Shown here one piece after another: positions 19,849 through 30,132 of a DNA stretch of 64,000 nt. Numbering within the stretch: the stretch's first letter is position 1; each line of letters starts with the position of its first letter. Both the position numbers and the translations under genes were made by a program. The notes below the pieces were generated by a model that searched no databases, had not been told where the DNA came from, and worked only from the letters and a program-made list of their open reading frames with translations. This DNA comes from Promethearchaeota archaeon Loki_b32 (GTDB lineage Archaea > Asgardarchaeota > Lokiarchaeia > Sigyniarchaeales > SOKP01): contig NJBH01000001.1 in assembly GCA_005223125.1 (NCBI GenBank), forward strand, positions 96,001-160,000, read 5' to 3'.

Positions 19849-20355
19849 ATGTCAAGAAATAACTCTTCATCCTTCAAAGTTAAACTTAAAATCCAAATGA
19901 ATAATTTAATAACTATTTATGAACAAAAAGCTGAATGTGGCATATTCTTTAAGCTTAATCCAAATAAAACACCTTTAGAGATTCTTGGGGTATTAGACTT
20001 TTTAAAAGATAAGATGAAGAAATGGGGGAATACGAATCTCTTTAGTTATCATGGTCGACTATTTAGTGAAGGAGATGTTCTTGTAGTCGGAGCTAGAAAT
20101 TTAGAAGAAGCTATAAGTATAATAATATATATGTATTTAACCAACATCGTTGACAATGAAGTTGGAATTAATTATCTAATTGAAAAGTTAGGGTCGTCAA
20201 GTGATCTTGAATTTTTTTTAAGAAATGAAATTTCAGATTATATAAAGACAGGGTTTCCAACAAATCCTGATTTGGAATTTGAATTAGTAAATCACTTAAA
20301 TAAAATAATCAATATTAAGAACAATAATACATCTATCAATAGTGGAAAAAACTAA
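19849..20355 (+). CDS. Hypothetical protein
   Basis: 168-aa ORF filling the intergenic space; no motif recognised. Confidence 0.65.
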   Translation: MSRNNSSSFKVKLKIQMNNLITIYEQKAECGIFFKLNPNKTPLEILGVLDFLKDKMKKWGNTNLFSYHGRLFSEGDVLVVGARNLEEAISIIIYMYLTNIVDNEVGINYLIEKLGSSSDLEFFLRNEISDYIKTGFPTNPDLEFELVNHLNKIINIKNNNTSINSGKN

Positions 20356-20379
20356 TCTCTTACTTATTTTAATCTAACG

Positions 20380-21660
20380 TTAAATAAGTTTTTCGTTTTT
20401 ATGTCTTTTAACATTTCTAGAGAGATATATAAGAGATAATAAAACAGCGAGTCCAAGAAATACTAAAAACACATGAATTCCATATATAAACACCTCGACA
20501 ACATATCCAGCAAAAATAGGGGTTAACCCAAAACCAATCCCTACTACTATTTCATTTATTGTAGAATATTTTGAAGTGTTTTCTGCTGCTCCGTATTCAA
20601 GCATAATTTTCATTCCGCAACCATGAATTAAACCTAAAAATAGTCCAACAATTGGAGTTACTATTGAAATATATAGTATATCTCCTGCAAGAAAAATTGT
20701 AAGAGCAACTAAAACAACAACAAAGATACTTATTAAAGAAGCTATTTTTCTGCGATATACTTTCATTGAATTTATCCAAGTTAGACCTAATAGTTGCATG
20801 AATTGAATTCCACATTGGACAAGATAAGTTAGATAAGGGGGTCTTCCAAAAGCTTTTAATAGTACTGGATACCCAAAAATAAAAACGGATTTCGATATAG
20901 CTAAAAACATAATACTAACCCAAGAGAAGAGTACAGGGTAAACAATCATAGGTGTTTTCGAATTAATAACAAAATCCTCTTCAATATCTAAGTGGGAAAT
21001 TGGATCTTCTGATTGATAAATTATGGTTTTATTTGAAATCTCAGTTTTTGTGTCCTTTTGTATGAAAAAACCAATTGGAATTAATAAAAATGATAATAAC
21101 CAAGAAACATTCATAGCAAAATAATCACTCCAAGATAAAGCCCAAAGAAAGCCGACAAGTAGGCCAATAATGAAACCCGAATTCCATGAGAGATTAAATA
21201 ATGCAAAATTCTTTTTTGATTTTTTAATACTACTTACTTTTTGCCACCTACTTAATAGGTTAAGACAATTAGGCCAAAATAATCCCATTGTTAGCCCCAA
21301 TAAAATTCGACACACAATTAAGAACCAAGCTTCAGGATAAAATATTTGAGCTCCAGTTAAAACTGGTGTTAAGAAACAATTTAATAAAAGAGCATTACGA
21401 ATTCCTAAATATTTCTTAGTAACAAATTGCCCAATTATAGGAGCAATAATATATGATAGTGCTCCTGCAGAAGATATGAAACCTAATGTACTCTCACTTA
21501 TATCTATAACAAAATAGAGATAGTTTGATAAAGCTCTTTCAAATATAGAAACATAAAATAATCGTATAAATGCCAGTAAAAAAACTGGCCATACTCGATA
21601 AGCATCTGATGAGTTATTAGCAAAGTTATTTTTGTTTCGGGCTTTATATGATGTTTCCAT
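20380..21660 (-). CDS. MFS transporter
   Basis: About 12 TM helices, with RILLGL.MGLFWP typical of MFS. Confidence 0.85.
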   Translation of the reverse strand: METSYKARNKNNFANNSSDAYRVWPVFLLAFIRLFYVSIFERALSNYLYFVIDISESTLGFISSAGALSYIIAPIIGQFVTKKYLGIRNALLLNCFLTPVLTGAQIFYPEAWFLIVCRILLGLTMGLFWPNCLNLLSRWQKVSSIKKSKKNFALFNLSWNSGFIIGLLVGFLWALSWSDYFAMNVSWLLSFLLIPIGFFIQKDTKTEISNKTIIYQSEDPISHLDIEEDFVINSKTPMIVYPVLFSWVSIMFLAISKSVFIFGYPVLLKAFGRPPYLTYLVQCGIQFMQLLGLTWINSMKVYRRKIASLISIFVVVLVALTIFLAGDILYISIVTPIVGLFLGLIHGCGMKIMLEYGAAENTSKYSTINEIVVGIGFGLTPIFAGYVVEVFIYGIHVFLVFLGLAVLLSLIYLSRNVKRHKNEKLI

Positions 21661-21756
21661 AGAAATAAACCAACCCTAAAAAGTTAAGATGTAAAATAAT
21701 GATTCCCTCATATATTTTATGAACTAGCTAAAAATGCCTATTTCGAGCATTTTAGA

Positions 21757-22371
21757 TTATTTTCTTAATTTTGGCAGAAACATTGGTACTTTTTTCTTAT
21801 AATCCTCATATTCATTGCCAAATTCTTTGATTAACTCCTTCTCTTCTTTCCATGAAATGAGGAAATTTAATAAAATCACAATTGGAGTAGTTATTAAAGA
21901 ATAGAAAGAAGAAAGGAGAAAGCAAATACCTATATGTGCCAAAATTCCTCCAAAATATTGGGGATGACGAATTACTGAGTATAACCCTGAGGACACAACT
22001 TTTTCTGCTCTATGTGTTTCTGCAACTTTTAGAGATGTTTCTTTTACACTTCCTATGCCAAACCATGCACCGATTAGAATAAAAGGGATAGAAATCATGA
22101 AATGCATCAATGGAATTGATAAATTTATGATAGGAATATCTAATACTATATTTTCTAATATTGGTAAAGTAAAATGAGGTTGAGGTGAAAGCCAAACTCC
22201 AAACCAAAAAATAAAAAAACCCCATCCTGAGAACATACCGAGAGCGTCACCAATTTTAGTTCCTTTATCTTTTCCATACTTATTCTGAAGTTTTATATGT
22301 TCAACTGAGATAAAATGAAGTGGTACCATTACACACATGCCAAGAATAAATATTATAAACCAAAAATACAT
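21757..22371 (-). CDS. Isoprenylcysteine carboxyl methyltransferase / PEMT family membrane protein
   Basis: VVSSGLYSVIRHPQY and EEKELIKEFGNEYEDYKKKVP. Confidence 0.88.
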   Translation of the reverse strand: MYFWFIIFILGMCVMVPLHFISVEHIKLQNKYGKDKGTKIGDALGMFSGWGFFIFWFGVWLSPQPHFTLPILENIVLDIPIINLSIPLMHFMISIPFILIGAWFGIGSVKETSLKVAETHRAEKVVSSGLYSVIRHPQYFGGILAHIGICFLLSSFYSLITTPIVILLNFLISWKEEKELIKEFGNEYEDYKKKVPMFLPKLRK

Positions 22372-22493
22372 GATATTACTTTTATTAGAGATTTTTTTTA
22401 TTTGAATCTTTATGTGTAAGATTTCCAGGACAATTTTATCCGTTTACTCTTATAATTATTAAATGAATACCAAAAAAAAGATAATGTTATTTT

Positions 22494-22985
22494 TTATTCG
22501 TTTGCTATGTATCTTTGAATACAACTTTTATCTCCCTTAGTAAGCATGTTTGGTACTTCTATTTTAAGTTTGGGATTGTATCCTTTTAAAATAGCTTCAT
22601 CAATATAATCACAGTAGATTTTACCATATTCTAATTTATCCCAATCCTTACACCCATCACAAAAGACACATTGTCTTATTATAAGCTCCACATTACCATC
22701 TACAATGTTAATTTTGTATTTTGTGGTTTGATCGCCATCGAAAGTGCTGTATATAAAATAATTCTTTAATGTTAACTCTTTTCCTAGTGATTTCACAATT
22801 TCTGCAATTTCTTGACCCCTTCTTTCTCCGAATTTCTCAACAGCATTTATAATGGTTTCTTTCCCTTTCTCTCCAAATTGGGAAATAACCTCTTCTGTGA
22901 GGTTACAAAAAAGTCGGGCAAAAAAGTTAAATAAATTAATTTTATACTTATTTCCAACTTCTCCCATTTCTATTAAAACATCCAT
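22494..22985 (-). CDS. L-2-amino-thiazoline-4-carboxylate hydrolase / V4R-like family protein
   Basis: FGEKG...I..AV..FG..RG, C.F...., G..YC..ID.AI..GYNP and L..GD..C. Confidence 0.75.
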   Translation of the reverse strand: MDVLIEMGEVGNKYKINLFNFFARLFCNLTEEVISQFGEKGKETIINAVEKFGERRGQEIAEIVKSLGKELTLKNYFIYSTFDGDQTTKYKINIVDGNVELIIRQCVFCDGCKDWDKLEYGKIYCDYIDEAILKGYNPKLKIEVPNMLTKGDKSCIQRYIANE

Positions 22986-23229
22986 TAAATCTTCATTTGT
23001 GAAACCTTTACTCTCATTTGGAATTTAAAACACACCTCATTTTACATTTATGTTAATATAATAAAATAACATGATAGGCAAATATATGAATTATTTGATA
23101 AAAACAAAACGCATCATTTTGGGGCCACTTAGAAATTATACGAAACTCATTTTAGGAAAATCATTTAGCATAAACTTATTAGAAAGAAATACTTACATTT
23201 CATAACCCCGATTTGTATAGGTTTTTTAA

Positions 23230-23484
23230 ATGGGAAAAGGAACAGTTAAATGGTTTAACAAAAAAAAGGGCTATGGGTTCATAACTCCAGATGATGGGTC
23301 TCCTGATATCTTTGTTCACTATTCTGCTATAGAAGGGGAATCTGATGAATTCAAGATTGTTTATGAAGGAGATATCGTGGAATATGAGATTACAGAAGGT
23401 GAAAAAGGACCACAAGCTACTGATGTGACTGTAACTGAAAAAGGACCTCGAACAAGTACCCAAGGCCGAAGATCTTTTTATTAA
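23230..23484 (+). CDS. cspA: Cold-shock domain protein
   Basis: [11 protein letters not shown]1 KGYGFI, RNP2 IFVHYS and KGPQA.DV. Confidence 0.95.
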   Translation: MGKGTVKWFNKKKGYGFITPDDGSPDIFVHYSAIEGESDEFKIVYEGDIVEYEITEGEKGPQATDVTVTEKGPRTSTQGRRSFY

Positions 23485-23729
23485 TAAGATTGGTTAATAA
23501 TTAGAAGAAAGAGTAAATGGTTTAAGTATTAGGAATTTTGGAAGATATGAAATATATGAAAAGGGGTTCTTGACTTTTTTTAGTATTATTTTATATCTTA
23601 CAGATTCTCTTTTTTTTATTTTTATAATTTTAAGGATTTTTTCTATTATAAATCAATATTAGAGGAATTTGAATTCTATAATTAGAAAATATCTAATAAT
23701 TTAAAAATAGAAATAAAATTTTATGTGTA

Positions 23730-24314
23730 TCATTCTTTTTTGTAATTATTTCCTACAACAAATGCTTTACCAATGTTCTCAGAAAGTTTCCAATAATAGT
23801 TATCAATTGAGTATAATATAGGATTTAGTTTTTGAATATCAGGAATTTCATTTGTTAAGTAATAATCGTCTGCGTAAGCTTGTATTATTTGCCCAATAAA
23901 AATTTCATGACTTTTTTCTGCCCCAGTAATCTCCTTTGTAGGAATTGTTTTTATAACCTTACATTCAAGATTTAATGGAGCATGCGTTATCATTGGTGCT
24001 GTCTTTAATTCTCCGTAAAATACGTCAAATATCTCTGATTTATCCACTTCCTCTCCGGAATTTATCCCACAATAATCTGTAATTTCAATCATGCCTTCGG
24101 AAGGTGTATTTACACTGAATGTTTGGTTTTCTTTTATACCTATATTTGTATAATGAGTTTCATAGGAGGATATAGAAATCAATGGTGGTTTATGTTCTAC
24201 AATACCAACAAAAGCGAGTGGTTCAAAGTTCGGCTTTCCGTTTACGGTTGCCCCAACAAGCACAACAGGCATAGGAAATAAATAAGGTCCTATTTTAATT
24301 TTATTTTTCATCAT
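23730..24314 (-). CDS. Flavin reductase-like family protein
   Basis: PMPVVLVGA, GKPN, FSVN.P, CG..SG...DK, AP.I...P..LECKV and HEIFIG. Confidence 0.88.
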   Translation of the reverse strand: MMKNKIKIGPYLFPMPVVLVGATVNGKPNFEPLAFVGIVEHKPPLISISSYETHYTNIGIKENQTFSVNTPSEGMIEITDYCGINSGEEVDKSEIFDVFYGELKTAPMITHAPLNLECKVIKTIPTKEITGAEKSHEIFIGQIIQAYADDYYLTNEIPDIQKLNPILYSIDNYYWKLSENIGKAFVVGNNYKKE

Positions 24315-24389
24315 TATAATCTTTTTATGATTATTTTATTTATTAATCCAATTATTTTAAATTAATAGTTCATATATTTGAATTTTCTG

Positions 24390-25910
24390 TTAGATTGTAT
24401 ATGATTCATTGTCTTTCAACAGAACAGCATTTTCAAAATTATTACTAAACCACTCAGGGGAATCAGTGTGTACAGGAATAACAATATCAGGATCTATATT
24501 TTCAATTGCTTTAATTAAATCAGATTTTGATACATGTCCAGAAGCATGATAACCTTTAGTAAATCGAGGTTTAAATTTATTATATTCCTCAATAATGTCA
24601 AATCCAACAATCTCAAAATCAAAAAATTTAAGCCAATTGTTTAAACGAAGAAAGTCAAATTCAGACTCTTCCTCGAATGCTTCACTGGAAGAATAAATGT
24701 ACAGTCCTTTATTTGGCTTAATATCTAATAAATTTTTAATGTCATAAAGAGAAAAACAGATCATAAATTTATCTTGTTCTTTTGATATATCGGAAGGATC
24801 TATAAAATTTACTTCTCTTTCTATATTTAAAAGGAATTTTTCCCAACCTTTGCTAGTAATTTTTAAATCTCGATAAACTCTTAAATCCTTTATCCTATCA
24901 ATATTGTCTGCTTTATTAAGAGCATTAAGTAAAAATGCATCTTTAGCAGTAATTATCATTGTTCTTCCTAATTTTTTAGCAATTAAATCAAACATTTCCA
25001 GTCTCTCAAAATTTCGTGCAGTGAAATCTGCAACAATAAGACCCTTTGCTTCCTCAGCTGTTTTTAAACAATTATTATATACAATCTCCTCAGATTCATT
25101 GATATCTCCTCTTGCAGCTCTAGTCCCTTCAATTATTAAGATAGATGCGTCTTTGGCATTTTTGAGGAACTCTTCACTCTTATTTCGCTTTTTTCCATGA
25201 AGTCGAAAATCGCCAGTATATGCGACAGTGTTATCACCAGAGATAATATAGGCTGTTGCTCCATATATTGAATGATCTACCTCATAAGCGTTTATTTCAA
25301 AACTAGAAGAGTAATCTTTTAGGAGTGATAGATTACCTTCATCGAATTTTTTTCTGCTTTTAGTAGTTAATGTAAAGAAATCATGAAGTGATTCGGAGAA
25401 ATTTTCTGTACAAATGAAATCACGGCCAATATCCTTATATCTATCAGTTTCCAAAATTCTCCCATCTCCTTTTGGTGCCTTAAGTGAATAATAAACTACA
25501 TCAGAACCAAGCATAGGAGAAGAACTATCTATCAATGCTTTAAGAAGCATAATAGTAGAGGGAGATGCAATAATAGGATAGTCTGGTTTAAGCAAACCAA
25601 TATTTCCACAATGATCCATATGTGCATGACTGAGAAGTATAGCCTCCACATTCAATGATGGATATGAAGAAATATCTAAATCTCTAGGGATTAAATCTTT
25701 TCTGTAGATATCAAGTTTAGGGATTAAATTTAGATAAATAAGATCATGTATCCCTCTCATAGATCGGGGGGAAATAAACTGTTGGAAAAAATCTCCATAT
25801 TTTTTGAAATTCATGCCAAAATCAAGGAAAATTCCATGACCTTTTTCTTCAATATATATTTTATTTCCTCCAATTGTATTATTTCCATCAAAAATTTGTA
25901 TAGATGTCAT
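24390..25910 (-). CDS. Beta-CASP MBL-fold ribonuclease (RNase J-like)
   Basis: IGGNKI, LDFG, SHAHMDH, VDHS, YTGDFR.HG, IEGT, HASGH and PVHT. Confidence 0.85.
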   Translation of the reverse strand: MTSIQIFDGNNTIGGNKIYIEEKGHGIFLDFGMNFKKYGDFFQQFISPRSMRGIHDLIYLNLIPKLDIYRKDLIPRDLDISSYPSLNVEAILLSHAHMDHCGNIGLLKPDYPIIASPSTIMLLKALIDSSSPMLGSDVVYYSLKAPKGDGRILETDRYKDIGRDFICTENFSESLHDFFTLTTKSRKKFDEGNLSLLKDYSSSFEINAYEVDHSIYGATAYIISGDNTVAYTGDFRLHGKKRNKSEEFLKNAKDASILIIEGTRAARGDINESEEIVYNNCLKTAEEAKGLIVADFTARNFERLEMFDLIAKKLGRTMIITAKDAFLLNALNKADNIDRIKDLRVYRDLKITSKGWEKFLLNIEREVNFIDPSDISKEQDKFMICFSLYDIKNLLDIKPNKGLYIYSSSEAFEEESEFDFLRLNNWLKFFDFEIVGFDIIEEYNKFKPRFTKGYHASGHVSKSDLIKAIENIDPDIVIPVHTDSPEWFSNNFENAVLLKDNESYTI

Positions 25911-26093
25911 CTTTTTGGTAAAATTTTTTGTTTTATTAATTAATGTCCATCCCTAAGATATTACTATAAGAATCCTTTTTAATTGATTACTTTTTTTAAT
26001 TTTATCTAGAAATTTTATTAATGTTTAGTTCTTGTAATGCATTAGCTTATTTTGTGAAATTCATTTTTCATAAATCCAATGAGATGAAAAAAT

Positions 26094-27599
26094 ATGGAAC
26101 ATAGAGTAAAGTTAACATTTTATGGGGGCATAAATAAAGTTGGTGGAAATAAGGTTCTTTTGGAGGATCTTGGTTATGATGTAAAAATATTTCTAGATTT
26201 TGGAATAAATACTAGTGAGTTTTCCAAGTTTCGAAAAGATTTCCCTTATACTAATGAAATTAAAGCATTAACAGATTGTCATGTATTACCTCGAGAAATT
26301 GATATTCCAATTAAAGACATTTATTCAAAGTACTTTATATTTAATCATACTAATTCACAATATCCTCAAAAAGTAAAGGAGTGTGAAGGAAAAGTCGATC
26401 CTCCAACAGATCTTGATGGAATTTTGATTTCTCATCCTCATAGAGACCATTATAGAGGTATATCATTTGTAAATCGTAACATACCAATTTATACAGGAGT
26501 AGTTACCAAAAGAATTATCAAAGCGTATTCAAGAAGTTCAGCTCAAAGATTTGAAAATTTCTTACATGGCTTAAAGTGGATACTGTTTAGGACCGGAAAT
26601 GTTATCCAGATTAAGAAATTGGTGATTTACCCTATTCATGTTGACCATTCAATACCTGCGGCTTATGGTTTTATTATTTGTACCTCTGCTGGAATCATTG
26701 TCTATACAGGTGATTTTAGAATGCATGGCCCCCTTCAGTTAATGACTGCTGATCTAATAAAGAAAGTTAAGGATGTATGTAAAACAAAGGGACAAATAGA
26801 AAGTGATTTTACATATAGAGAGGGAAGAGTAATTGCACTGATTTGCGAAGGAACGCATATACATAAAGGTTCAATTGAATCCGAAAGAATTGTAAAAAGG
26901 CATTTAAGAAAATTATTTAAAATTATTCCTTTTGATTATGCTATTGTTCAGTATGGAAGAGTAGACTGGGATCGATTCAGAACTTATGTCGATATTGCTA
27001 AAAAATATAATTGGAAGTATATAATTTCCGACAAGGATGCATATTTTTATAATCGTTTAAATAAAAAAGCAATATATGATTCTATGAAAGATCCAAACAT
27101 AGAAAACACTGATAATATTGTTATTCTCTTACAAGAAAAACGTAAATTTCAGTGGAAAGAAGATGTTAATCAAATGTTAAAAAATATTGGAAAAAGTGAA
27201 AGAATTATGCATTTAAGTGATTTAAAAGATTTAAATAAAAATTTTTTCTTATATATTACCTCTATTTATGATTATGATATAATTAAGAATTATTTACCAA
27301 AAGATTTAAGAGGAGTATTTATTTCTTCCAACGTAGATCCATATGCTGAGGAATATCGAATGGATAAAAGATTTATTTCAACAGATTTGTTAGATCGTGG
27401 TGTTCCTTCTTACCGTGTTCATGCTTCGGGACATTCAAAACCACATGATATAATTAGATTTGTAAACGAGATTAATCCTGAAAAATTAATTCCAATCCAT
27501 ACTGAGCATCCCGACTTTTTTAGAAAATTATTCAAGGGAGAGAGATTAGAAGTAGTCTTACCGATATATAATATTCCATTTGACATTACTTCTTCATAA
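26094..27599 (+). CDS. Beta-CASP MBL-fold ribonuclease (RNase J-like), paralogue
   Basis: VGGNKV, LDFG, SHPHRDH, VDHS, YTGDFRMHG, CEGT, HASGH and PIHTE. Confidence 0.85.
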   Translation: MEHRVKLTFYGGINKVGGNKVLLEDLGYDVKIFLDFGINTSEFSKFRKDFPYTNEIKALTDCHVLPREIDIPIKDIYSKYFIFNHTNSQYPQKVKECEGKVDPPTDLDGILISHPHRDHYRGISFVNRNIPIYTGVVTKRIIKAYSRSSAQRFENFLHGLKWILFRTGNVIQIKKLVIYPIHVDHSIPAAYGFIICTSAGIIVYTGDFRMHGPLQLMTADLIKKVKDVCKTKGQIESDFTYREGRVIALICEGTHIHKGSIESERIVKRHLRKLFKIIPFDYAIVQYGRVDWDRFRTYVDIAKKYNWKYIISDKDAYFYNRLNKKAIYDSMKDPNIENTDNIVILLQEKRKFQWKEDVNQMLKNIGKSERIMHLSDLKDLNKNFFLYITSIYDYDIIKNYLPKDLRGVFISSNVDPYAEEYRMDKRFISTDLLDRGVPSYRVHASGHSKPHDIIRFVNEINPEKLIPIHTEHPDFFRKLFKGERLEVVLPIYNIPFDITSS

Positions 27600-27733
27600 T
27601 TTTTGTAAAAGCTTATCATTTTTATGCAATAATTTACATTTAAATCTCTTTTCTAGATTTTTTAATAATACTTATAGACTGCCTTTAAATTAAAAAACAA
27701 TACTTTAAATAAGAATTATCAATAGTAGAAAAC

Positions 27734-28969
27734 ATGAATCAAAATATCCAAGAACAACCTAATAGTTATTCAAAATGGCTTGAATTTGCAATATTTTTGC
27801 TATTTCTATTAGGTCCTTTGACTGGCAACATTATCAATGTCTTATTTAGTGTTCTTTCTACCGATTTTCAAGTCACACCGGGTAATATATTAATTGCTAT
27901 TCCAGCATTTATGTTTCCATTTGCTATTACACAACTTTTTTCTGGTGCGATTTCAGATATAAAGGGTAGAATCCCAGTATTAATTGTAGGGTTAGTTTTA
28001 TTTGGGATTGCAATGCTGACAGCGGCATTATCTTTTAATTTAGAGATGTATATTGTAGCAAATATTATAGGAGGAGTGGGTTTTGGTTTTATTAATCCTG
28101 TTCTTATAGCACTGATGGCAGATATTACAACTCCTTCAAATATTCCGAAGAAAATGGGATATCTGGGTGCGAGCGCAAATTTGGGGGTTGGTATTGGTCC
28201 TTTAATTGCCTCTCAGATGATTTTAATTAGTTGGCAGTCTATATATGTATTATTTATCATTATTACTTGCTTCTGTTTAATTTATTTTATTACTGTTAAA
28301 AGACCTCCTCAAAAAATCCCTGAAGAATCAGGCATTCATATAGTATTCTCTCAGCTTTCAATTGAATGGCGGCGAATTGCAGTAATTCTAATGATATTAT
28401 CTGCCTTTTTACTAGCTCATACATATATAGCTATAAATATCTGGACTTCGAAAACATTGGCAGAAGCGCATGTATTAAACGAAACGCTAATAGGAATAAT
28501 TCTTGGTTTAGCAGGTTTTGGAGCAGCAATAACGGGATTAATTACAGGGTATTTAATAAAATATAAGAGTGTGAAGGTCCCTTTATTCACGGGTTCATTA
28601 ATATTACTTTGCTCACTCACGATCTTATTGATTATTGGAGATATTTCCAATCCGGAAGCATTTACCTTTTTAGCAATAGGTTGGATCCTAGCAGGATTTT
28701 CCGGAGGAATGCTTTTTACCTCAATTACTTATTATAGTCAAGTTTTATCTCCTGAAAGACGTGGTGTTTTAGCAGGATTATTAACAGCAGGTTATTTTAC
28801 AGGGATTGCATTAGTCCCAACAACACTAGCACCATTCTCAAATGCTTTTGGTATTACTGGTATTTATAGTGCTATTCTGATATCATCTGTAATTTTTATT
28901 ATAGTTACAATTTTGTTATATAATTTAGCTAAAATTATAATTTCAGAAAACCAAAAAGCTTTACATTAA
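27734..28969 (+). CDS. MFS transporter (DHA1-like drug/H+ antiporter family)
   Basis: Motif A GAISDIKGR, G.GIGPLI and about 12 TMs. Confidence 0.88.
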   Translation: MNQNIQEQPNSYSKWLEFAIFLLFLLGPLTGNIINVLFSVLSTDFQVTPGNILIAIPAFMFPFAITQLFSGAISDIKGRIPVLIVGLVLFGIAMLTAALSFNLEMYIVANIIGGVGFGFINPVLIALMADITTPSNIPKKMGYLGASANLGVGIGPLIASQMILISWQSIYVLFIIITCFCLIYFITVKRPPQKIPEESGIHIVFSQLSIEWRRIAVILMILSAFLLAHTYIAINIWTSKTLAEAHVLNETLIGIILGLAGFGAAITGLITGYLIKYKSVKVPLFTGSLILLCSLTILLIIGDISNPEAFTFLAIGWILAGFSGGMLFTSITYYSQVLSPERRGVLAGLLTAGYFTGIALVPTTLAPFSNAFGITGIYSAILISSVIFIIVTILLYNLAKIIISENQKALH

Positions 28970-29097
28970 ACACATCTCTCTCTTTCTCACTGGTTTTTAT
29001 AGTTTTATCTAATTCTTTTCCTAATTCATCATTTGGGAAGTTTGTTTCGTTCACAAATATTAGAAAATAAAAGAAAATAAATATTTATTTTAGTTTT

Positions 29098-29424
29098 TTA
29101 AGATTTAATCATTATTAACATCATCTTAAACTTTTCTGGGGCATTTAAAGCATGTGGTTCATTTGCGGGTAATATTATCATTTGACCTTCTTTTAATACA
29201 AATTTTTCACTTGATATAAATATTTCAGCTTCTCCATCAAAAACATAAACTAGTGCATCAAATGGGGCAGTATGTTCACTTAATCCTTCTCCTTTATCAA
29301 AAGAAAATAAGGTTACAGTACCAACATCTTTATTAATCAAAGCTCTACTAACGACAGAATTTTCTTGATAATCAAGCATAGATCCTAAATTCATTTTAGC
29401 TTTCTTTGTATTTTGATTACTCAT
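29098..29424 (-). CDS. Cupin domain protein
   Basis: TLFSFDKGEGLSEHTAPFDA and LPANEPHAL. Confidence 0.9.
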   Translation of the reverse strand: MSNQNTKKAKMNLGSMLDYQENSVVSRALINKDVGTVTLFSFDKGEGLSEHTAPFDALVYVFDGEAEIFISSEKFVLKEGQMIILPANEPHALNAPEKFKMMLIMIKS

Positions 29425-29578
29425 AATTTTATCAATCTCATATATTCATTTATTTTATAAGAATTATAAAGAAAAATTCAATTTAAACATAAAACCGAAC
29501 ATGTTTAATTTGATAATTCTCAATTATCCCCTGAATACACATAGGAGATATAAAAATATTAAAAAGAAGAAAATCCAA

Positions 29579-29995
29579 CTACATTTCTATTGGAACACGC
29601 CATTCCACGCCGCATTCGCCGCAATGGTACTTTTTACCATACATACGGGGATAGTCACATATTAGGTGAGTTTTATCGAGTATTTCTCGTATAAGAGGTT
29701 TATTATTATTCCCACATTTGGGACATTCTCTTCTTGAAACTCCTTGGAGAATTTTTCCTTTACCCATTTCGAGAGGAACTACATCTTGAGAAAAGATTGA
29801 TTCTGAAATAACGATTTCTTTTTGTTGTTTAATAGGTTCAATTTCTGGCTCTGGTTGTACTTTATATGTCTGATCTCTGCTTTCTAATTCAGCAATTCTC
29901 TTTTTCAGAACTTCATTCTCTTTCATTAATTCTTTTATGATGATTTCGTATTCTTGAGGAGTAAAATCTTTTTTATCTGTCATTTCTTTACTCAT
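29579..29995 (-). CDS. Coiled-coil plus C-terminal zinc-ribbon protein
   Basis: Likely start is ATG at 29995 (MSKEMTDKK), not 30079. It has the heptad LMKENEVLKKRIAELE and the Zn ribbon CPKCG...CGECG. Confidence 0.75.
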   Translation of the reverse strand: MSKEMTDKKDFTPQEYEIIIKELMKENEVLKKRIAELESRDQTYKVQPEPEIEPIKQQKEIVISESIFSQDVVPLEMGKGKILQGVSRRECPKCGNNNKPLIREILDKTHLICDYPRMYGKKYHCGECGVEWRVPIEM

Positions 29996-30132
29996 TTTTT
30001 TTAAGTTTATTTTGAATAAAAAAGTAAATATTCTATAAAAACATAATAGAGGTTGTATTAAAAAACTTAAGGAAATCAAAAATTAAAGGATGTAAAAAAG
30101 ATTTTTAAACTTTTAATTTATTTATTTTTATA

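Noticed and set aside
14330-22371. Functional link between the Rab-like GTPase and the two ICMT-family genes (prenyl-Cys methylation)
   Set aside because: The GTPase has no C-terminal Cys motif, and ICMT/PEMT-like proteins are widespread in prokaryotes.
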